From a bacterium (GTDB taxonomy: Bacteria > UBA8248), in contig CBDBBI010000008.1 in assembly GCA_965202625.1 (NCBI GenBank), forward strand, positions 1 through 22,533: DNA of 22,533 bases, given 5' to 3'. This document shows positions 17,375-22,533 of this stretch, piece by piece. The notes beneath the pieces were generated by a model that was given only the letters and a program-made list of their open reading frames with translations, had not been told where the DNA came from and made no database searches. A program made the position numbers and the translations under genes. The first letter of the stretch is position 1, and every line of letters starts with the position of its first letter.

Positions 17375-18261
17375 TGACTCCCCGATGTCGGCACATGCCT
17401 GCTATGCAGGTAAAAGCGGTAGTTCAACCGATCAATATAACCTGTCAATCGATCGTTGTACGCTCTTATGGCATGGCTTAAGCTATCCTTTTGAGAATAA
17501 TCATCAATCTCGATGCGCAAGCTGGTTAATTTCTCCACATTCAAGCTTCTTCCGTGCGATTTCCATTTCTTATGATTTGCCAATTCTGTTGCAATTTGCT
17601 CTGCTCTTTCTTCTTTCTCTTGATCAGTTACAGGTTGCCCCTTCTTATTCTCGTTCGTTCGATGTTCTGTCCAATTTCTGAACTTGTACTTGACTAACCA
17701 ATCTTTTAGGAGATCAATAGATAGATCTCTTGCTTGTTCATATAAAGCCAATTGTCCCAAATCCAAACTTTTCAATAAAACAACATCAGCTTCTGCCAGC
17801 TGTCCCTTTCCAGTTATTTCTTCTACCTTATCGAGGTATCCCATAGCTGGCACATAACCTTGTGATTCTGTTGGCAATGGGACTTGAGGATCGACAGGAC
17901 CTAATGTTGAGGCATAATCCATGAAAATCTTATCTCCGGACAAACAAAATATTGTGCCTGCTGAATACGCTATATCTGGGACAATAAAGAAAACCTCTTT
18001 ATAATGATGCCGCAAAACACCAACCATTCTTTCTGTGGTTTCTGCCGAGCCTCCTGCAGTCCTTAAAACAACTGCAATTGCATCTTCTTTCCTTTTAGAT
18101 TTTTGTTTCACTTCCTCGATGAAATTACGAAAAGCCCGGAAATACTCTGGGTAAATGCCCCCATGATAAAAAACAACATCTGCAAGAATTGCCTCTTCGA
18201 GGTGGGTGCAATTAGCATTTACAAGTTCAAGGATGGATTGATCTAGGATATCTGGTGCCAT
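17371..18261 (-). CDS. SDH-family (serine dehydrogenase proteinase; ClpP/crotonase fold) serine protease
   Basis: LRTAGG, IVPDIAYSAGTIFCLSGDKIFM, LGPVDPQ and WKSHGRSL, giving Ser, Asp and His candidates. Confidence 0.8.
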   Translation of the reverse strand: MAPDILDQSILELVNANCTHLEEAILADVVFYHGGIYPEYFRAFRNFIEEVKQKSKRKEDAIAVVLRTAGGSAETTERMVGVLRHHYKEVFFIVPDIAYSAGTIFCLSGDKIFMDYASTLGPVDPQVPLPTESQGYVPAMGYLDKVEEITGKGQLAEADVVLLKSLDLGQLALYEQARDLSIDLLKDWLVKYKFRNWTEHRTNENKKGQPVTDQEKEERAEQIATELANHKKWKSHGRSLNVEKLTSLRIEIDDYSQKDSLSHAIRAYNDRLTGYIDRLNYRFYLHSRHVPTSGSQ

Positions 18262-18463
18262 TTTAAGGACTCATTTTCGCCAACGGGCATTTATCATCAT
18301 CCTCTTTGTATGTATGATTGACTGCAACATCCAAAAAGTCAAGGAAAGAGGAAGAGACGCTACTTTGACTCCGGCTGCTGTTCCTAGAGCACCAAAGCGC
18401 ATATACCGCATTGATCAAGGATTTCCGTCTTCGTCTATAGTTGAAGTTCAGACTTGAACACGC

Positions 18464-19067
18464 TCATTCACACACCACCCCATCCCCGTCGCGCATGAAG
18501 CGGTAGGCCGGAGGCGGACGCCGGCACACCCTCCGCGAAAACCATCTCGGTAGAGGCACATCGGGAGAGCACGCCCTCCAGAGCGTCGGCCTCGCGGCGG
18601 TCGATGGTCAAAGCGTATTTCCGGCGCACGTCCACCACGCGCCGGGCGAACCAGCACTTGTTCATCTTCGGCATTCATTCGGCGGGGTCCTTCCCGCTTT
18701 TCTCGTGGCGGTTCACACGCGGGCCGGCGAGGGTGAGGTTCAGGAGGTCGGCGGCGAAGCGCCGCTTCGCCGCCGCGTCCGCCGCGCAAAACCCGCTGTC
18801 GTGGGCCTCCGAGGTTGCCACAATGTGTTCAATGTCCGTCTGGTGCCTGCTGGAAAACGTCCGCCCGGTGTATGGCCCATACGTCCGGCCCCCAAGACCG
18901 GCAACGATGCGGGCCTCAAGAGATTGCGAATACGGATAGTCGCGCCGCTTGTCGTAGGGTGCGCACCGGTGCTCGGGTGCGACCACGAGGCCGCGCCAGG
19001 TGTCAGCGGCCCACATGGTTGCGGGAGTGAGCGCAACGAGAGCGAAAACGAATATACACAAAATCAC
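18464..19067 (-). pseudogene. Secreted HNH (DUF1524/GmrSD-C-like) nuclease with Excalibur Ca-binding tail, disrupted
   Basis: Signal peptide, then DIEHIVA..EAHDSG and DLLNLTLA...VNR..KSGKDPAE. An in-frame TGA (18677-18675) sits where Trp is expected, and the frame continues MPKMNKCWFA. An out-of-frame tail PAYRFMRDGDGVVCE* lies at 18511-18464. Confidence 0.75.
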
Positions 19068-19097
19068 CCTTCATCCACCCCCTCGGTGCCGACCGCC

Positions 19098-19418
19098 TTA
19101 ACGGTTTCCCTCTTTGCATCGAACGCGGTAATAGATTCGGCTCAGCGCAGATTGGCCAAGTGCCCCCCGAATCACTTTCCGCCCGAAAATCTCGTATCCA
19201 CCGGGGCACAAGTCGTTGTCAGTGAGGTAGAGCCTGAGCCTCGATAGCCTGCTGGATTCAGCGGCGGCCCTCTCCGTCGGAAAAAACGCGCCAGATATCG
19301 CCTCGTACTCAAACGTCCCGTCGTCCAATGCCCTGAATTCGGTCGGGTACCCAGGGGCGTGCGCACTACAACCCATTAATGCCAGGACTGCAAAAACGGC
19401 CAGGCGTTTCGCAAACAT
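19098..19418 (-). CDS. Small lipoprotein, copy 1 (106 aa)
   Basis: GGAGGAGGAG RBS, MFAKRLAVFAVLALMG-C lipoprotein signal, and conserved LCPGGY and VRC cysteines. Confidence 0.85.
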   Translation of the reverse strand: MFAKRLAVFAVLALMGCSAHAPGYPTEFRALDDGTFEYEAISGAFFPTERAAAESSRLSRLRLYLTDNDLCPGGYEIFGRKVIRGALGQSALSRIYYRVRCKEGNR

Positions 19419-19511
19419 CGGCTCCTCCTCCCTCAAAAACTCCGCGCCATCCAGCACACCTCTCCCAACACCTCTGCGCGCGCGGCCACAGCGAACAGGC
19501 TGCCGACCGCC

Positions 19512-19832
19512 TTAACGGTTTCCCTCTTTGCATCGAACGCGGTAAAAGATTCGGCTCAGCGAAGAATGGCCAAGTGCCCCCCGAATCACTTTCCGCCCGG
19601 AAACCTCGTATCCACCGGGGCACAAGTCGTTGTCAGTGAGGTAGAGCCTGAGCCTCGATAGCCTGGTGGATTCAGCGGCGGCACTCTCCAGCGGAAAAAA
19701 CCCGCCAGCTATCGCCTCGTACTGAAACGTCCCGTCGTCCAATGGCTTGAGTTTGGTCCGGCCCCCAGCGGAGTGCGCAGTACAACCCATTAATGCCAGG
19801 AACGCAAAAACGGCCAGGCGTTTCGCAAACAT
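19512..19832 (-). CDS. Small lipoprotein, copy 2 (106 aa)
   Basis: Same architecture as copy 1, with 21 aa differences from it. Confidence 0.85.
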   Translation of the reverse strand: MFAKRLAVFAFLALMGCTAHSAGGRTKLKPLDDGTFQYEAIAGGFFPLESAAAESTRLSRLRLYLTDNDLCPGGYEVSGRKVIRGALGHSSLSRIFYRVRCKEGNR

Positions 19833-19923
19833 CATCTCCTCCCTCAAAAACTCCGCGCCATCCAGCACACCTCTCCCAAAACCTCCGCCCCGCGCGGCCA
19901 CAGCGAACAGGCTGCCGACCGCC

Positions 19924-20244
19924 TTAACGGTTTCCCTCTTTGCATCGAACGCGGTAAAAGATTCGGCTCAGCGAAGAATGGCCAGGTGCCTCCCGAATCA
20001 CTTTCCGCCCGAAAACCTCGTATCCACCGGGGCACAAGTCGTTGTCAGTCAGGTAGAGCTTGAGCCTCGATAGCCTGTTGGCTTCAGCGGCGGCACTCTC
20101 CGGCGGATAGAACCGGCCACCTAGCGCCTCGTACTGAAACGTCCCGTCGTCCAATGGCCTGAATGTGGTATCGTACCCAGGGGTGTGCGCAGTACAACCC
20201 ATTAATGCCAGGACAGCAAAAACGGCCAGGCGTTTCGCAAACAT
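19924..20244 (-). CDS. Small lipoprotein, copy 3 (106 aa)
   Basis: Same architecture as copy 1, with 21 aa differences from it. Confidence 0.85.
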   Translation of the reverse strand: MFAKRLAVFAVLALMGCTAHTPGYDTTFRPLDDGTFQYEALGGRFYPPESAAAEANRLSRLKLYLTDNDLCPGGYEVFGRKVIREAPGHSSLSRIFYRVRCKEGNR

Positions 20245-20258
20245 CGGCTCCTCCTCCC

Positions 20259-20399
20259 TCAAAAAGTCCGCGCCATCCAGCACACCTCTCCCAACACCTC
20301 CGCCCCGCGCGGAGGCGGGATTGGCTCCCACGCCGGATGATCGCTCTCCAGAATCCACCGCCCCTCCACCCACACCGCGCGCTTGACCAGCAAGCCATC
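20259..20399 (-). pseudogene. C-terminal remnant of a peptidase S24 (CI/LexA-like phage repressor) gene
   Basis: Translates DGLLVKRAVWVEGRWILESDHPAWEPIPPPRGAEVLGEVCWMARTF*, showing the VKR, L.SD(N/H)P and G.V.W pattern of S24 C-termini. The HTH and catalytic-Ser regions are missing. It is not in the ORF track. Confidence 0.75.
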
Positions 20400-20453
20400 T
20401 CGGTAGAGGCACACGTCGGCCTTTGTGCTTGTTCGATAGTCGAAGTCCCTCCT

Positions 20454-22349
20454 CTACTTCCCCGGATAGCCCAGGCCGGCGAGGGTCTCGGCGATCTCGG
20501 GCAGGATGGCCGGGTCGTCAATGGTGGCAGGCACCTTGTATTCCTCGCCGTCGGCGATGCGCGACATCGTTCCCCGCAAAATTTTGCCCGAGCGCGTCTT
20601 GGGCAGGCGCTTCACCACCGCCGCCTGACGGAATGCGGCCACGGCGCCGATCTGGCGGCGCACGAGCTGCACCACCTCGCCGACGACCTCCGCATCCTCC
20701 CTCTCAACGCCCGACGTCAAGACCAGAAAACCGAGGGGAAGCTGGCCCTTGAGCTGATCCTTCACTCCGATGACGGCACACTCCGCCACGTCGGGATGCG
20801 AGGTCAAGACCTCCTCCATCGCGCCCGTGGAGAGCCTGTGGCCCGCCACGTTGATGATGTCGTCCGTCCTCGACATCACATAGACGTAGCCCTCCTCGTC
20901 CACGTAGCCGGCATCGCCCGTTTTGTAGAAGCCCGGGTATTCGCTCAGATAGGAATCGACAAAGCGCGCGTCCGCGTTCCAGAGGGTGGGGAGACAACCG
21001 GGCGGCAGGGGCAGTTTGACGCACAGCGCGCCCATCTCGCCCGCACCCAGTGCGCGGCACTCGCTGTCGAGAACCCGAAAATCGTAGCCGGGAACGGGCT
21101 TCGTGGGGGAGCCGTATTTGACGGGCAGATGCTCGATTCCGATGGAGTTCGCCAGCATCGGCCAGCCGCTCTCCGTCTGCCAATAGTGGTCGATGACGGG
21201 AACCCCCAGCTTATCCTCCGCCCACTGCACCGTGTCCGGGTCGGATCGCTCCCCCGCCAGAAAAAGGGTGCGGAAACAGCCGAGGTCGTAATTTCGCATG
21301 AGTTCAGCGTCCGGATCATCGCGCTTGATAGCGCGAAACGCCGTGGGCGCCGTGAACAAAACCTTCACCCCATGCTCGGAGATGACGCGCCAGAAAGCGC
21401 CTGCGTCGGGCGTGCCCACGGGCTTGCCCTCAAACAGGATGGTCGCGCAGCCGTGGAGCAGCGGCGCATACACGATGTAGGAATGCCCCACCACCCAGCC
21501 TACGTCGGACGCCGCCCAGAACACCTCGCCCGGCGCCGCGCCATACACGTTTCGCATCGACCACTTGAGCGCCACCATGTGGCCGCCGTTGTCTCGAACC
21601 ACCCCCTTGGGCTGTCCCGTCGTGCCCGAGGTGTAGAGGATATAAAGGGGGTCCGTGGCGGCGACGGGAACACAGGCCGCAGGCATCGCGCCCCGCAGCG
21701 CATCGCCCCATTCGACGTCGCGGCCCTCGATGAGCTCCGCCTCCGCCTGGGCGCGCTGCAGGATGACGCACTTCTCCGGCTTCACGCTCGAGAGGCTGAT
21801 CGCCTCATCGAGCAGGGGCTTGTAGGCGATGACGCCCGAGGGTTCCACTCCGCACGAGGCGGATATCATGAGTTTCGGCTTTGCATCCTCGATCCGCGCC
21901 GCCAGCTCGTTCGGTGCGAACCCACCGAAGACGACCGAGTGCACCGCGCCGATGCGCGCGCAGGCGAGCATGGAGATCGCCGCCTCGGGTACCATCGGCA
22001 TGTAGATGATGACGCAGTCGCCCTTCTCCACCCCCAGGGATTTGAGCGCGCCCGCGAAATGCGCCACCTCGCGCAGCAACTCCCCATAGGTGAACTTTCG
22101 GGCAGGCGCACCCGTGATGGGGGTGTCGTATATCAGGGCGAGTTGATCCGCGCGTCCCGCCTCGACGTGACGATCCAGTGCGTTGTAGCAGGTGTTGACC
22201 TCGCCTCCTGCGAACCAGCGATAGAAAGGAGGGCGGGAATCATCCAGCACCCTCTCCCATCTCTTGTGCCAGTGCACGTCCTCCGCCGCCTCCGCCCAGA
22301 ACGCCTCCGCGTCCGAGAGAGAGCGGGCGTGAACCTCTGCGTAGCCCAT
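20454..22349 (-). CDS. prpE: Propionyl-CoA synthetase (acetate/propionate-CoA ligase)
   Basis: NTCYNALDRH, YILYTSGTTGQPKG, WAASDVGWVVGHSY, DHYWQTESG, YKTGDAG, NVAGHRLS and LPKTRSGKILR. Confidence 0.88.
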   Translation of the reverse strand: MGYAEVHARSLSDAEAFWAEAAEDVHWHKRWERVLDDSRPPFYRWFAGGEVNTCYNALDRHVEAGRADQLALIYDTPITGAPARKFTYGELLREVAHFAGALKSLGVEKGDCVIIYMPMVPEAAISMLACARIGAVHSVVFGGFAPNELAARIEDAKPKLMISASCGVEPSGVIAYKPLLDEAISLSSVKPEKCVILQRAQAEAELIEGRDVEWGDALRGAMPAACVPVAATDPLYILYTSGTTGQPKGVVRDNGGHMVALKWSMRNVYGAAPGEVFWAASDVGWVVGHSYIVYAPLLHGCATILFEGKPVGTPDAGAFWRVISEHGVKVLFTAPTAFRAIKRDDPDAELMRNYDLGCFRTLFLAGERSDPDTVQWAEDKLGVPVIDHYWQTESGWPMLANSIGIEHLPVKYGSPTKPVPGYDFRVLDSECRALGAGEMGALCVKLPLPPGCLPTLWNADARFVDSYLSEYPGFYKTGDAGYVDEEGYVYVMSRTDDIINVAGHRLSTGAMEEVLTSHPDVAECAVIGVKDQLKGQLPLGFLVLTSGVEREDAEVVGEVVQLVRRQIGAVAAFRQAAVVKRLPKTRSGKILRGTMSRIADGEEYKVPATIDDPAILPEIAETLAGLGYPGK

Positions 22350-22406
22350 GCCTTCTCCTTCCAGGGAAAACCTGTATCTTTATTTTCATGATCACGTGAA
22401 GACGCA

Positions 22407-22532
22407 TCATACCAAACTCCGCCTCTGCCTGCCTGGAGGATTCTTCGCAGATGCACAAACCCTCGATGCGCGCGACGCCGCCAGTCCCGAACCCATCATC
22501 AAAAACGGGATGGCGAGGCCCCATAATAAAAC
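22407..22532 (-). CDS. Possible C-terminal end of an upstream membrane protein (partial)
   Basis: Frame open from the right edge: VLLWGLAIPFLMMGSGLAASRASRV...SLV*. It has a hydrophobic segment but is short, so support is weak. Confidence 0.25.
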   Translation of the reverse strand, partial: VLLWGLAIPFLMMGSGLAASRASRVCASAKNPPGRQRRSLV

Positions 22533-22533
22533 C

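Larger units (their letters stand above)
19087..20312. repeat. Three tandem ~413-bp units (S24 tail + RBS + lipoprotein gene)
   Basis: TGCCGACCGCCTTAACGGTTTCCCTCTTTGCATCGAACGCGGTAA starts at 19087, 19501 and 19913, giving periods of 414 and 412. Confidence 0.95.
14713..20435. mobile_element. Decayed genomic island inserted at the prpE 3' end
   Basis: Flanked by direct repeats of the prpE 3' end. Mosaic base composition, with transposase and phage-repressor remnants and a pseudogene inside. No intact integrase seen. Confidence 0.65.

Noticed and set aside
18675-18677. UGA recoding (Trp or Sec read-through) in the nuclease
   Set aside because: TGA is the normal stop for many genes in this window, and the same gene has a second lesion, so pseudogenisation is simpler.
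19098-20244. Diversity-generating retroelement as the source of lipoprotein variation (most changes are at codon positions 1-2)
   Set aside because: There is no reverse transcriptase or template repeat in the window. Many variable sites have no A in any copy, and variation spans the whole gene. A trans-acting template elsewhere cannot be excluded without a genome search.
19087-20312. Integron cassette array or CRISPR array
   Set aside because: The units are whole-gene duplications whose spacers derive from an S24 coding tail. I see no attC-like palindromes, unique spacers, intI or cas genes.
20163-22391. Long antisense or alternate-frame ORFs (also 609-1898, 3553-4704, 4527-5879, 9371-10936)
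   Set aside because: They are shadows of well-supported genes, caused by high-GC codon bias, and have no recognisable motifs.

Overview
GC-rich bacterial chromosome segment. The left part holds tRNA-Leu(UAA), an LVIVD-repeat gene and an aldo/keto reductase (minus strand). Next is a plus-strand catabolic run: a form II-type CoxS-L-M molybdenum hydroxylase, an MDMPI-family protein, a YacP-like NYN nuclease, a maleate-isomerase-family protein, an AtuA/DUF4387 pair and an HD protein. An AT-richer four-lipoprotein operon (CsgG-like, PEGA-like, DUF4810-like, DUF799-like) follows. Between that operon and the convergent propionyl-CoA synthetase (prpE-like) lies a ~5.7 kb accessory island, bracketed by a degenerate direct repeat of the prpE 3' end. 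The island has no intact integrase. It contains an IS1595-type transposase tail with probable passenger genes, an outer-membrane beta-barrel gene, an SDH-type serine protease with a small coupled partner, and a decayed HNH/Excalibur nuclease. Its most striking element is three tandem ~413-bp units, each made of a phage-repressor (S24) 3' tail plus a 106-aa lipoprotein gene. The three lipoproteins differ almost only by amino-acid-changing substitutions (hand count, copy 1 vs 2: 21 non-synonymous codons, 1 synonymous-only). This is a candidate diversifying, prophage-derived exclusion or surface-lipoprotein array. All family calls come from motif recognition by eye; no database searches were run.
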